Source of the DNA: Methanocaldococcus sp. 28A
GTDB lineage: Archaea > AGJL01 > Methanococci > Methanococcales > Methanocaldococcaceae
Direction: 5' to 3' (one strand)
NCBI GenBank assembly: GCA_049852185.1
Contig: CP187540.1
Length of the DNA: 64,000 nucleotides
Shown: positions 29,864 to 42,359 of the stretch, piece after piece
Layout: every line of letters begins with the position of its first letter
How positions within the stretch are numbered: position 1 is the stretch's first letter
Translations under genes and position numbers: made by a program
Notes under the pieces: generated by a model
The model's input: only the letters and a program-made list of their open reading frames with translations
Databases searched by the model: none
Told to the model about the DNA's origin: nothing

Positions 29864-32134
29864 ATGAGAGTAAAGATTAGAGTTAACGGTATAGTTCAAG
29901 GCGTGGGTTTTAGACCATTTGTTTATAGAATAGCTAAGAAAAATAATTTAAAAGGCTATGTAAAAAACATGGGAAATTATGTGGAAATTCTTATTGAAGG
30001 AACAAAAAAGAATATTGAAGATTTTATTAATGATTTAAAAAATAAGAAACCGCCATTATCAAGAATTGATAAATTAGATATTGAAGAGATTAAAGGGATT
30101 GAAGAGTTCAATGACTTCTACATTATAAGGAGTGAAGATACAAAAGATGAAGAAGAAGGAACTATTCCGGCTGATGTAGCAATATGTGATGACTGCTTAA
30201 AAGAAATGCTTGATAAAAAGGATAGAAGATATAGATACCCTTTTATAGCATGCACAAACTGTGGGCCTAGGTTTACAATAGTTGAAAAACTTCCTTATGA
30301 TAGAGAAAACACATCTATGAGAGATTTTCCTTTATGTGAAGAATGTTTAAAAGAATATAAAAATCCATTAGATAGGAGATTTCATGCTCAAGCTACTTGC
30401 TGTCCAATTTGCGGACCTAAGGTATTTTTAACTGATGGAAAAGATATTATTGCTGAGAAAGATGATGCAATTAGAGAAGCTGTTAAGTTATTAGAAGAAG
30501 GAAAAATCTTAGCTATAAAAGGGATTGGAGGAACTCATCTATGTTGTAAGGTTAGTGAAGATGAGCCTATTTTAAATTTGAGAAATAGATTAGGAAGACC
30601 TACACAACCATTTGCTGTGATGAGTAAAAGAGAGTATATAGATTTGTTTGCTGAAGTTGATGAAGATGAAAAAGAAGCGTTATTATCCTTAAGAAGGCCA
30701 ATAGTTGTTTTAAAGAAAGGGAAGGATTATGATAAATATTTTTCAGAGTATGTTTCTAATTTAGATACTATTGGAGTTATGCTTCCATATAGTGGGCTGC
30801 ATTATCTTTTATTTGATAAAGAGATAGCTTATGTTATGACCTCTGCTAATCTACCAGGATTGCCAATGGTTAAAGATAATTATGAGATATTAAAAAAACT
30901 CAATAGCATTGCAGATTATTTCTTATTGCATAATAGAAGGATAGTGAATAGGTGTGATGATAGCGTTGTTAAAAAGGTAGCTAATAGATTGGTTTTTTTA
31001 AGAAGGTCGAGGGGCTTTTCTCCTGAACCTATAAAGGTTGATATTGAAAATAACAAAAATATTCTATGCGTTGGGCCTGAACTAAACTCAACAGCTTGTA
31101 TAGTAAAGAAAGATAAGTTTTATTTAACTCAATATATAGGAAATACTTCAAAATATGAGACATTCTGCTATTTAAAAGATGCTATAAATAACATTTTGAG
31201 ATTAACAAATACAAATAAAATTGATGCTATTGTCTGTGACTTACATCCACAATTTAATTCAACAAAATTAGCTGAAGAGTTAGCTGAAAAATTTGGTGTT
31301 GAGGTTTTTAGAGTTCAGCACCACTTTGCACATGCTTATAGCTTATTTGGAGATAATAACTATTTTGGAGATGCTGTTATTTTGGCATTGGATGGAGTGG
31401 GGTATGGATTGGATGGAAATATATGGGGAGGGGAAGTTTTGTTATTTAAAGATGGTAAGATAGAAAGAGTAGGACATTTAGAAGAGCAGTATCAGTTGGG
31501 AGGAGATTTAGCAACTAAATATCCTTTGAGGATGCTACTTTCTATATTATATAAGGCAATTGGTGAAGAGGCTTTTGATTTTATAGAAAGATACAATTTC
31601 TTCTCAGAGAAAGAACTTAGATTATTAAAATTTCAAATTGAAAAAAAAATTAATTGTCCAATAACCACATCTACAGGAAGAGTTTTAGATGCTGTTTCAT
31701 CATTATTAGGAATTTGCTTTGAAAAAACATATGATGGAGAACCAAGTATAAGATTAGAGCCAGTGGCAAATAGGTTTAAAGGAGATATTGATGTAGAGCC
31801 AAGAATAAAAAATAATGTGTTAAATACTACAGAACTTATTTATAAATCCTATGAGATGCTTTTAAATAATGAAAGTAAAGAGAGAATAGCATACTTTGCT
31901 CATATTTATATAGCAAATGGATTATTTGAGATTGCTAAAAAATTGGCTGATAGATTTGGAATAGATACTATAGGTATTACTGGTGGGGTTTCGTACAATA
32001 GAATAATAACTGAAAGGATTATGAATAATGCAAAAAGAGAAGGCTTTAATTTTATTTATCATCAAAGAGTCCCTAATGGGGATGGAGGAATTAGTTTTGG
32101 ACAAGGTATTGCTTATTTATTTAGAGAGGGGTAA
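29864..32134 (+). CDS. hypF: Hydrogenase maturation carbamoyltransferase HypF
   Basis: [11 protein letters not shown], two CxxC zinc fingers, [14 protein letters not shown]. Confidence 0.97.
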   Translation: MRVKIRVNGIVQGVGFRPFVYRIAKKNNLKGYVKNMGNYVEILIEGTKKNIEDFINDLKNKKPPLSRIDKLDIEEIKGIEEFNDFYIIRSEDTKDEEEGTIPADVAICDDCLKEMLDKKDRRYRYPFIACTNCGPRFTIVEKLPYDRENTSMRDFPLCEECLKEYKNPLDRRFHAQATCCPICGPKVFLTDGKDIIAEKDDAIREAVKLLEEGKILAIKGIGGTHLCCKVSEDEPILNLRNRLGRPTQPFAVMSKREYIDLFAEVDEDEKEALLSLRRPIVVLKKGKDYDKYFSEYVSNLDTIGVMLPYSGLHYLLFDKEIAYVMTSANLPGLPMVKDNYEILKKLNSIADYFLLHNRRIVNRCDDSVVKKVANRLVFLRRSRGFSPEPIKVDIENNKNILCVGPELNSTACIVKKDKFYLTQYIGNTSKYETFCYLKDAINNILRLTNTNKIDAIVCDLHPQFNSTKLAEELAEKFGVEVFRVQHHFAHAYSLFGDNNYFGDAVILALDGVGYGLDGNIWGGEVLLFKDGKIERVGHLEEQYQLGGDLATKYPLRMLLSILYKAIGEEAFDFIERYNFFSEKELRLLKFQIEKKINCPITTSTGRVLDAVSSLLGICFEKTYDGEPSIRLEPVANRFKGDIDVEPRIKNNVLNTTELIYKSYEMLLNNESKERIAYFAHIYIANGLFEIAKKLADRFGIDTIGITGGVSYNRIITERIMNNAKREGFNFIYHQRVPNGDGGISFGQGIAYLFREG

Positions 32135-32135
32135 A

Positions 32136-33140
32136 ATGATAATTATAACTCCAAGATATACAATTATAGAAGATGGAGCAATTAATAAATTAGAAGAAGT
32201 TTTAAAAAATCTCAAATTAAAAAATCCTTTAATTGTAACAGGAAAAAATACAAAAAAGTACTGTAAGTTTTCTTATGATATTGTATATTATGATGAAATC
32301 TTAAATTCTCAAATAATTGAGCGGAGATATTTTGGATATGATTGTATAATTGGTGTTGGAGGCGGGAGGGCAATAGACACTGGTAAATACTTAGCTCATA
32401 AATTAGGAATTCCATTTATTAGTGTGCCAACAACAGCATCAAATGATGGTATAGCCTCACCAATTGTATCTATAAAACAGCCTTCATTTATGGCTGATGC
32501 ACCAATAGCTATTATTGCCGATACTGAGATAATAAAAAAATCTCCAAAAAGATTATTGAGTGCTGGAATGGGAGATATTGTTTCAAATATTACTGCAGTT
32601 TTAGATTGGAAATTAGCTTATAAAGAAAAAGGGGTGAAATATAGTGAAAGTTCCGCAATATTTTCAAAAACAATAGCTAAGGAATTAATAAGCTATGTTT
32701 TAAACTCTGACCTATCAGAGTATCACTGCAAACTTGTAAAAGCATTAGTTGGGAGTGGAATTGCTATTGCTATAGCTAACTCTTCTCGTCCAGCTTCTGG
32801 AAGTGAGCATCTTTTTTCACATGCTTTGGATAAATTAAAAGAGGAGTATGATTTAGATATTAATTCATTACATGGAGAGCAATGTGGAATAGGAACAATA
32901 ATGATGAGCTATCTACATGAGAAAGAGAATAAAAAATTATTTGGAATGCATGAAAAGATTAAAAAATCTCTAAAAAAAGTTAAATCTCCTACAACAGCTA
33001 AAGAACTTGGATTTGATGAAGATATTGTTATTGAGGCATTAACTATAGCTCATAAAATAAGAAATAGATGGACTATATTAAGAGATGGATTAAGTAGAGA
33101 AGAGGCAAAAAAATTGGCTGAAGAGACAGGAATTATTTAA
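32136..33140 (+). CDS. egsA: sn-glycerol-1-phosphate dehydrogenase
   Basis: [32 protein letters not shown]; start moved to ATG 32136. Confidence 0.96.
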   Translation: MIIITPRYTIIEDGAINKLEEVLKNLKLKNPLIVTGKNTKKYCKFSYDIVYYDEILNSQIIERRYFGYDCIIGVGGGRAIDTGKYLAHKLGIPFISVPTTASNDGIASPIVSIKQPSFMADAPIAIIADTEIIKKSPKRLLSAGMGDIVSNITAVLDWKLAYKEKGVKYSESSAIFSKTIAKELISYVLNSDLSEYHCKLVKALVGSGIAIAIANSSRPASGSEHLFSHALDKLKEEYDLDINSLHGEQCGIGTIMMSYLHEKENKKLFGMHEKIKKSLKKVKSPTTAKELGFDEDIVIEALTIAHKIRNRWTILRDGLSREEAKKLAEETGII

Positions 33141-33221
33141 ATAGGACTTTTTTTCTTTTTTCTTTTTTAAGGACCGTAGTTCCCATCAAGCATTCACATA
33201 TTTTTTAATGTTTTTTAATTA

Positions 33222-34354
33222 TAGGACTTTCGCATCCACATTTAAATACTTAGATTAACGATAAACCAATTTCTTCACACAAAGAGATTATGGCATTACC
33301 AACAGCTATTCGATTTAGTTTTCTTCTAAGTTCGTACCAACTGATATTTTTATCGATTCTAATTTTCTCTAAGAGGTAGAAGGCTCTCATAGAAAGGGAG
33401 ATATGACCTAAAATTGGAAATTTTTTTCTAACGAAGAAATTGCCAGTATTACAGCACTGTTTAACACCCCTATGGAATTCCTCGATTCTCCAAGAGGCGT
33501 TTTTGACCTCTTGGAATTCTTCGAAACTCATAAATAGGTTATTAGTTATATAATATTTTGCCTTTCCGTTTTTGGAAAGGCAGAAGAGTCTAACATAGCC
33601 AACTTTTCGTAGATAAACGATTAATCCATTCTTAGGAATTTCCTTAATGTCTTCGATTGATACCCACTCTCTGTTTTTGGAGAGTTTTACCTTTCTATTC
33701 CTTTTAATTCTGCAGAGGTAGAATAAACCTAAACTATCGATAAGTTTTAAGTTATCTTTACTTGAATACCAACTATCGAAACAGATATATCTAATATTTA
33801 ATCCTTTATCTACTAAAGACTTTATTATCTCCCTACATAAATTATTTTTCGTCTTTCCATCTCTTGGTCTGTCATATACTCTAAAATCGATTGGAATAAT
33901 ATGTTTTCCATTTGTAATTATGCAATCAACGATATGTATGCCTTTAATTACTCGTTTATGTAGATTACTCCAACAATAATAAGCAAATTCAGTCGATTTA
34001 GAGTAAATTTTATCTATAACAAAGTCATCTATAACGACAATATTATAATCAGGAGGGATTAAATCTTTAACGAAATTAAAAAGCTTTTCTTGTGGGAAGA
34101 TTCCTTCTTCCCAAAGTATTCTATTTATTGTATCGTGAGATATGTCGATTCCGAAAATACGCAACGTTTTCGATAACTCTACACACGAATTAATCTCTGA
34201 AAGTAAATAAAAAGCATATAAACGATAGTCCTCGACATTTTTAGCATATTTTCCCCAAAATAAACTTTTGTTTCGAAAAATTATAATATCTGATAAAAAT
34301 AGATTATCATAAAATATTATAATAAAATATTTAAATATGCTTGCAAAAGTCCTA
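33222..34354 (-). mobile_element. IS701-family element, frameshifted copy
   Basis: TIR TAGGACTTT(C/T)GCA, flanking direct repeat TAATTA; nearly identical to 54976-56108. Confidence 0.92.
33250..34247 (-). pseudogene. IS701-family transposase with a 1-nt deletion near the 5' end
   Basis: ATTTAC versus ATATTAC in the intact copy, near 34207. Confidence 0.85.
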
Positions 34355-34373
34355 TAATTATATAAGAGTTATA

Positions 34374-34482
34374 GGCAGTACTGGTTCGTATAAGTCTAAA
34401 GTTGTTAGATGAGTTCGAATATTAAATCATGGTTATGCGTAATACTCGGTTGTGTATGTTTAATGCATATTAGTAGATACTG
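34374..34482 (+). mobile_element. Deleted derivative of the ISH3-like element (right end)
   Basis: GGCAGTACTGGTTCGTATAA and ATCATGGTTATGCGTAATACT...AGATACTG match segments of 52202-53400. Confidence 0.8.
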
Positions 34483-34514
34483 TATTTTATCTTAACTATT
34501 TTAAAAATTCTGAT

Positions 34515-35618
34515 TTATAGATGAGATAACAGTAATTTTCTTTCATTTCCTAATGGAACTATATTTTTATTTTCAACTTCAATATATGCCCTCCATATAT
34601 TTTTACATTTACACTCAATATCTATAACCTTCAAATCTTGTGTTAATGTGAATTTTTCTAACTTATCTTTAATTAACTTATTGCACTTGCATCCATATAG
34701 GTTGTGAGCGCCTCTCTCACTTCCAATTCCTGATGTGTCACACATAATTAATGTATTTGGGTTATTTTCTTTAACCTTTTTTAATATTTCAATTACACTC
34801 CATAAGAATGGTGGTCTATATTGATTTTTATTAAAAAAGAGTTCCATTACACTACCTTTATGGATTGTTGCTGGACAGAATGATATTCTTGAACATCCTA
34901 ACTCTATACATTTGTTTGCTGAATATATGGCATCTTCAATTGCTTCCTTTTCAGTTATAAATAAAGGTTTTATTAATAGATAAGCTTTTATTCCAATGTT
35001 GTAGTTTTTAGCCAACTCTATAGCTCTAATTATTTGCTCATTTGTTATTCCTTTGTTAATTGCCTTTTCTCTAATTTCTTCATTAAAACTTTCTATCCCT
35101 ACTCCAATTTCAACATTAACATCCAAATAGTTTCTAATCTCATTTAATCTATCAGCATCAATAAATTCAGGTCTTGATTCAATAGCTACCTCTTTTAAAT
35201 TGCAAAATTCTCTAAGTTTTTTGAAAATGTAATCTCTGGCCTCTTTAGGAACTTCTCTATCATCTAAAAAACTTCCAGAAGTGAAGATTTTAACACTAAA
35301 ATCTTTTAAATCTTCTAACTTTTCTTTATGCTTTTCAATTGCATAATTAAACTGATTTATTATGTTTTCAGCAGTTATTTTCTCAGGGGAAGTGTCCATT
35401 AAATAGGAACACATTAAACAGCCCCCTTCTTTTGCATAGTAACATCCCTCTGTCCTTAAAATTATTGTTAGTGATTTTCCAATATTAAAATCTCTATATA
35501 TATCATCTTGAATCCAAACAGCTATTGGTTTATTTTTATCCATTGGTTTTCTTTTCTTTAAATGTCTCTCTCTAAATTTCTTTAAAAACTCCTTATAATT
35601 ATAATTAATTTGGTTCAT
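34515..35618 (-). CDS. Radical SAM protein, RaSEA/TIGR01210 (archaeosine synthesis)
   Basis: CYYAKEGGCLMC (CX7CX2C), KIFTSGSFLD, ESRPE, YRPPFLWS. Confidence 0.88.
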   Translation of the reverse strand: MNQINYNYKEFLKKFRERHLKKRKPMDKNKPIAVWIQDDIYRDFNIGKSLTIILRTEGCYYAKEGGCLMCSYLMDTSPEKITAENIINQFNYAIEKHKEKLEDLKDFSVKIFTSGSFLDDREVPKEARDYIFKKLREFCNLKEVAIESRPEFIDADRLNEIRNYLDVNVEIGVGIESFNEEIREKAINKGITNEQIIRAIELAKNYNIGIKAYLLIKPLFITEKEAIEDAIYSANKCIELGCSRISFCPATIHKGSVMELFFNKNQYRPPFLWSVIEILKKVKENNPNTLIMCDTSGIGSERGAHNLYGCKCNKLIKDKLEKFTLTQDLKVIDIECKCKNIWRAYIEVENKNIVPLGNERKLLLSHL

Positions 35619-35905
35619 TCTATCAACTAATCTATATTCTTTTTTAATTTTTCAATCCCATAATTTTCAACAAAATCTGCCATCCTACCTTTTCCAAACT
35701 TTGCATATAAACTTATCAATTCATCAATAACCAATAAAACATCATCTTCAGTTTTTAAATCTATTAGATGTTTTCCTTCTTTATATATTTTCTCACCCTT
35801 TCCTCCAACAAAAATACTAATAACTTTCTCAGCTCTAAATGAGTAACATAAACCGTAACATTTTCCCTCTTCAGTGCAATATCTCTTATTATTTTATTTT
35901 TCCAA
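35614..35905 (-). pseudogene. 3' remnant of a 4Fe-4S sulfite/nitrite reductase-like gene
   Basis: Reads CTEEGKCYGLC...IFVGGKG...GRMADFVENYGIEKLK with an internal stop; 5' part missing. Confidence 0.65.
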
Positions 35906-35910
35906 TTTAT

Positions 35911-36008
35911 GGGTCTTACCGATATAGTCAAAGATAGGGCAGTAATGGCTGGGTGAGCTTAGGTTCGCTCTCTCGAAACTTCGTCCTAAAGGGCGGCGGA
36001 GAGCTGTT
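35911..36008 (+). ncRNA. GC-rich IS200/IS605 (tnpB) right-end / omega-RNA-like remnant
   Basis: GC island ending GAAACTTCGTCC-TAAA-GGGCGGCGGAGAGCTGTTA, similar to tnpB right-end hairpins; no tnpB ORF adjacent. Confidence 0.5.
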
Positions 36009-36038
36009 ATAAATTAAGATATAAGTTAAGATAAAATC

Positions 36039-37061
36039 TTATAATTTTTCATTCCTTAAATCAATTGTTTGATGCATTTCTGGACCTGTAGAGATTATAG
36101 TCACAGGAACTCCAGTAGCTTCTTCAATCTTGTCTATAAATTCTTTAGCTTTTTTACTAAGCTTTTTATATTCTGTTACTCCATAACACTCTTTATCATA
36201 TTTATCTAATCCAGTTAAGGCAATTTGTGTAGCTCCATTCAACCTGCAAGCTTTTCTTGCTAATTCAAAGTCAAAATACCCTACTCTTCTCCTTCTTCCA
36301 GTAACTGTTCCATACTCAACAATTCCTAAATCTTCAGCCTCTTCTAATGACATTTCAGTTGGGAATGGCCCAGCTCCTACTCTTGTAGGAAAGCTTTTGA
36401 ATACTACTACAACTTCATCTACTTTTGTAGGGCCTATTCCAACATCAGCGGCAAATGATGACGCGGTCGTATCTTTAGAAGTTACATAAGGATAAGTTCC
36501 GTAGTATAATGAAAGCAAAGTCCCTTGTGTTCCTTCAATTAGAACATTTTCATCTCTATCCAACGCATTATTAACTTCTTCAGAAACATCTCCTAAAAAT
36601 TCTTTTAGCTCTTCAATATCTTTCGCCTGTTTCAAAATCCTTAACACTCTATCAACATTTGCAGGTCCACAGCCACTTCCAGTAGTTCCAATCTCTTTAG
36701 CTAAGTGCTCATCCTTTCTATCCATAATTTTATGTTTTTCTTCAATAATTCCACATCTATAATCTACGATTAATCTTTCTCTAACATTAAAATCTTTAAG
36801 CATCTCAACCTCTCTTAACAAAACTTCTGGGTCTACTAAAACACCGGCTCCTATAGCTAACTTTGTCTCTTTGTATGGAAAGCCAGTAGGTATCATTCTA
36901 ATTCCATAACTCTTTCCACCAATATTTACAGTATGTCCTGCATTTGGCCCTACTCCTCCTCTTGCAATAATTGATGGCTTGTCTTTATCACAAATATAGC
37001 TTATTATCTTTCCTTTTCCTTCATCTCCCCACTGTCCTCCTACAATAATGGTGCAGGTCAA
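36039..37061 (-). CDS. purA: Adenylosuccinate synthetase
   Basis: [31 protein letters not shown]; TTG start after GGTGA. Confidence 0.97.
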   Translation of the reverse strand: MTCTIIVGGQWGDEGKGKIISYICDKDKPSIIARGGVGPNAGHTVNIGGKSYGIRMIPTGFPYKETKLAIGAGVLVDPEVLLREVEMLKDFNVRERLIVDYRCGIIEEKHKIMDRKDEHLAKEIGTTGSGCGPANVDRVLRILKQAKDIEELKEFLGDVSEEVNNALDRDENVLIEGTQGTLLSLYYGTYPYVTSKDTTASSFAADVGIGPTKVDEVVVVFKSFPTRVGAGPFPTEMSLEEAEDLGIVEYGTVTGRRRRVGYFDFELARKACRLNGATQIALTGLDKYDKECYGVTEYKKLSKKAKEFIDKIEEATGVPVTIISTGPEMHQTIDLRNEKL

Positions 37062-37172
37062 TAAAATCACCTTTTTCACTGTTCAAAACTTTACATTTTT
37101 TTGTAATTGTTATATTTAAAGTTAATTAACATTGAATAATAAAAATGTATAAATTGGAGTTATATTATTTCT

Positions 37173-37979
37173 TTATTTTATATTTTCACAAAGAATTTTT
37201 CCATATTTGTTCTTAAACTCATCTAAATTCTTAATAGTTGTATCTAAAGTTAGAGGAGTTATTGATATATGTTTTTTCTTCCTTAAAACATAAACATCCG
37301 TATCTTCCTCCTCCTCAAATATTGGATAGCCGTCAATCCAATAGTAACTTCTCCCTCTTGGGTCCACTCTTTCCTCAACGTGGGTTGTGTACATCTTTTT
37401 TGCCAATCTTGTTATTTCTATGGGGGTTTCTAAGGTTGCATTTTCTGGGATGTTTATATTTAAGACATCACAGGGCATGTCATAATCTAAATATTTCTCA
37501 GCAATTTTTGCAGTTATTTTTGCAGGAATTTCAAAGTTTATTGGAATTTCTAACTCTCTAAATTTTAAGTGGTCTGAAGTTATTTGTAAAGAAGAGGCTA
37601 TAGATTTAGCTCCATGATGTGCTGCTTCAAACGCAGCTCCCAAAGTTCCAGAAGTCATTATTTCAGTTCCAAGATTTTCTCCAATATTTATCCCAGAAAT
37701 TACTAAATCTGGAACTTTTTTTAATATTTGATAGATTCCTAAGATTACACAATCAGTTGGTGTTCCAGAAACTGCATAACCAATAATATCCTTTGCTAAC
37801 TTAACCTTTGTCATCCTCAGCGGTTCAAATAAACTTATTGCCCTTCCAATTCCACTCTGCTGATTTGTTGGAGCTACTATAGTTATGTTTGCATCACTAA
37901 ATATCTCTTTTAAAGCATTGTATAATGCTATTAATGAAGGAGAGTAAATGCCATCATCATTAACTATCAATATTTCCAT
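37173..37979 (-). CDS. surE: 5'/3'-nucleotidase SurE
   Basis: NDDG, SGTPTDCV, SGINIGEN, SGT. Confidence 0.96.
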   Translation of the reverse strand: MEILIVNDDGIYSPSLIALYNALKEIFSDANITIVAPTNQQSGIGRAISLFEPLRMTKVKLAKDIIGYAVSGTPTDCVILGIYQILKKVPDLVISGINIGENLGTEIMTSGTLGAAFEAAHHGAKSIASSLQITSDHLKFRELEIPINFEIPAKITAKIAEKYLDYDMPCDVLNINIPENATLETPIEITRLAKKMYTTHVEERVDPRGRSYYWIDGYPIFEEEEDTDVYVLRKKKHISITPLTLDTTIKNLDEFKNKYGKILCENIK

Positions 37980-38058
37980 AATTCTCACCTATTTAAAGTT
38001 ATCTTTAACATTTAAATACCTTTGATAATATTATTATTAAGATAAGATTAAGTAATTA

Positions 38059-38177
38059 TAGTTGTGTGCAAAATAAAAATAAACTTTAAAAAGGATGATT
38101 TGAATGCCTTCCTTGTAGAAGGCAGTAGAAGGCATTTACTAATTTCTTATTTTAATTAAGATAGTTTTGCACAACTA
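38059..38177. mobile_element. MITE family A copy
   Basis: TIRs, TA flanks, internal GTAGAAGGCA tandem duplication. Confidence 0.88.
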
Positions 38178-38194
38178 TAAAAGGTTTTTGAGGG

Positions 38195-38986
38195 ATGATA
38201 ATGAAGAAAAGAAATATAACTGAATTTCAAGTCCTATCCGAAATTATAAGAAAACAACCTCACATAAAGCAGAAAGAAATAGCCGAAAATTTAGGAATTA
38301 CTGTTCAAGCAGTTTCAGAGCATATAAGAAATTTAGTTAAAGAGGGTTATGTTAAATCAAGAGGTAGGGGAGAGTATGTTGTAACTGATAAAGGTTTAAG
38401 AAAATTAAAAAATTGGATATCAGAGTTTAGAGAGTATTTAGATGAAATAAATTCGGCTGTATATAGATATAAAGATATATGGCCAGCTATAGCTGATGAG
38501 GATATTGAAGATGGAGAAACAGTATATTTGTTTATGAAAAATGGTTTATTATATGCTTCAAAACAACCAAAAGGAGAAGCAAAGGCAAAGACATTATATG
38601 GTGGAAAGAGGGAGGAGGATATAGCAATATGTGAGATTAAAGGGATTATTGATGTTCCTAAAGGGAAGGTTATTGTTTTTAGAATCCCACCAGAAGTCGT
38701 TGGAGGTTCGAGGGTTGTAGATTTTGATTTAATAAAAAAGAACATTGATAATTTAGATAACTATGTTATAGCAACGATGGGAACTGTTGCTTACGTTGTT
38801 GCAAATAAATTAGGGTTTAAACCAGACATAAGATTTGCTGTTCCTGAAGCTATTGTAAATGCATGCAATAGGGGTTGTAACGTAATAGCTTTAATAACTG
38901 GAAAAATGGCAGAGAAAGTTATTAAAAAGCTTGATAATGCAAAAATCAGCTATACTGTATTAGATGCAACTAAAGAAAACAAATAA
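38195..38986 (+). CDS. Winged-helix transcriptional regulator
   Basis: QKEIAENLGITVQAVSEHI HTH. Confidence 0.85.
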   Translation: MIMKKRNITEFQVLSEIIRKQPHIKQKEIAENLGITVQAVSEHIRNLVKEGYVKSRGRGEYVVTDKGLRKLKNWISEFREYLDEINSAVYRYKDIWPAIADEDIEDGETVYLFMKNGLLYASKQPKGEAKAKTLYGGKREEDIAICEIKGIIDVPKGKVIVFRIPPEVVGGSRVVDFDLIKKNIDNLDNYVIATMGTVAYVVANKLGFKPDIRFAVPEAIVNACNRGCNVIALITGKMAEKVIKKLDNAKISYTVLDATKENK

Positions 38987-38995
38987 GGAAGGTGA

Positions 38996-40680
<1,685 letters not shown>

Positions 40681-40683
40681 TTA

Positions 40684-40789
40684 TAGTTTTGTGACTATCT
40701 TAAATAAAATAAGGAATTAGGGAATGCCTTCCTTATGGAAGGAATTCAAATTATCCTTATAAAAGTTTATTTTATTTTGCACACAACTA
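40684..40789. mobile_element. MITE family A copy (reverse orientation)
   Basis: ...AAGTTTATTTTATTTTGCACACAACTA end, internal hairpin. Confidence 0.85.
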
Positions 40790-40846
40790 TATATGATGCT
40801 TAATAAATAATAGTTGGATTAGAAATAAAATGTTTATGGTGAAGAT

Positions 40847-41611
40847 ATGAAATTGCTATTAATGGGAGGGACTAAGGATAGTGTTGAAATTGGTAAAAGG
40901 TTGAGAAATTTAGGAAATATCTTTATTTTATACACTTCTACAACTAATTATGGCGGAAAGTTAGGAGAAGAGTTTGCTGATGATGTTATAACGAAGCCTT
41001 TAGATAAAAATGAGTTAAAAGATGTGGTAAAAGAATATAATATAGATATTTTGGTTGATGCTACTCATCCATTTGCAATAAACGCAAGCAAAAATGCCAT
41101 TGATGTTTGTAAAGAGCTTAACATAAAATATGTAAGATTTGAGAGAAAAAAGGAAAAAATAGAACATCCAAATGTTATATATGTTAAAGACTTTGTCGAA
41201 GCTGCAAAATATGCCAAAAAAGCAAACAAAGTATTTCACATGGCAGGGATTAAGAATTTAAAAACCGTTGTTGATATTGTTGGAGAAGATAAGGTTATAG
41301 CAAGAGTCTTACCTATATCAGTAAATGAGGCTTTAAAAATTTTACCACAAAAAAATATTGTAGCTATGTATGGAACTTTTTCTAAGGAGCTTAACAAATA
41401 TTTGATAAAAGATTATGGATGTGATGCCATAATAACTAAGGATAGTGGAGAAAGTGGAGGATTTGAAGAAAAGGTTTATGGAGCTTTAGAAGCTGGAGCT
41501 AAGGTTATTGTTGTTGAAAGACCTAAACTTAATTATCCAATTTATTTTGATGATGTAGATGAGTTAGTTAATTACATTAAAAATTTAATTCTTGTTGTGT
41601 CCCGAAAATAA
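40847..41611 (+). CDS. cbiJ: Cobalt-precorrin-6A reductase
   Basis: MGGTKDS, VDATHPFA, ARVLP, TKDSG, VERP. Confidence 0.93.
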   Translation: MKLLLMGGTKDSVEIGKRLRNLGNIFILYTSTTNYGGKLGEEFADDVITKPLDKNELKDVVKEYNIDILVDATHPFAINASKNAIDVCKELNIKYVRFERKKEKIEHPNVIYVKDFVEAAKYAKKANKVFHMAGIKNLKTVVDIVGEDKVIARVLPISVNEALKILPQKNIVAMYGTFSKELNKYLIKDYGCDAIITKDSGESGGFEEKVYGALEAGAKVIVVERPKLNYPIYFDDVDELVNYIKNLILVVSRK

Positions 41612-42260
41612 TTTCGCACCTATAAGTAATAAAAAGTAATAACCCATATATAATATGGGCGGTGTAAAACTTGACAATAAAAAGATTAAGAAAATTTAAG
41701 AAAATTATTTAGATGGAAGGAGAAGGGATTTAGAACGAAAGATATTACTAAGAATTTGAGAATATCTACTCATAGAGTTTAGCAGATATGGAAGGAATAT
41801 TGAGAGACTGGGAAATTCCGAAGATAAAGAGTAGAAGTTGGAAGCCAAAAGAAATTACTCAGGAAGAGACTGTTCTCAAAGTAGTCGAGGAATATTAAAG
41901 GACTAGTTCGTTTGGAACACTTATCGAATGTAGGTATAATGAAATTTGATGCCTTTGGCATCATTTTTTCCTTAATTATATAAAGTGTGAAAGTCTTGCT
42001 ATAGGAAAAGTTGAACGGATAAATAAAGAGCGTTGAATATCGATTAGATAGATTTAATAGTTTAGAAGAGTTCATAATTTGTATGAAATCACTAATGTGA
42101 TTTTATAACTCTCCGCTACGCTCCGATTGACATAATAAAATAAAATCTCATCGTTCTTTAGATTATAGGACTCCTTACGAGGTTTATTTCGAAAATACCG
42201 TTAATAATATTGAGGAGCTCTCATGAATTATAATTACGAAATAATTTCAGATACCACACA
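41593..42260 (+). mobile_element. Degraded IS481-family element
   Basis: TGT...ACA ends with imperfect TIR (TGTTGTGTCCCGAAAATAATTTCG / CGAAATAATTTCAGATACCACACA); broken integrase-core text GKVERINK. Confidence 0.6.
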
Positions 42261-42359
42261 TCAAAGTTTTTTAATAGAACTGTAGGGATAAATGTTTTAT
42301 TATATTTTTTATTATAACAAAATTCCATTATACAGTTCCATACAGTTAGAGGTGATGAA

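Noticed and set aside
41779-42075. 98-aa minus-strand ORF
   Set aside because: Antisense to a degraded IS481-like transposase.
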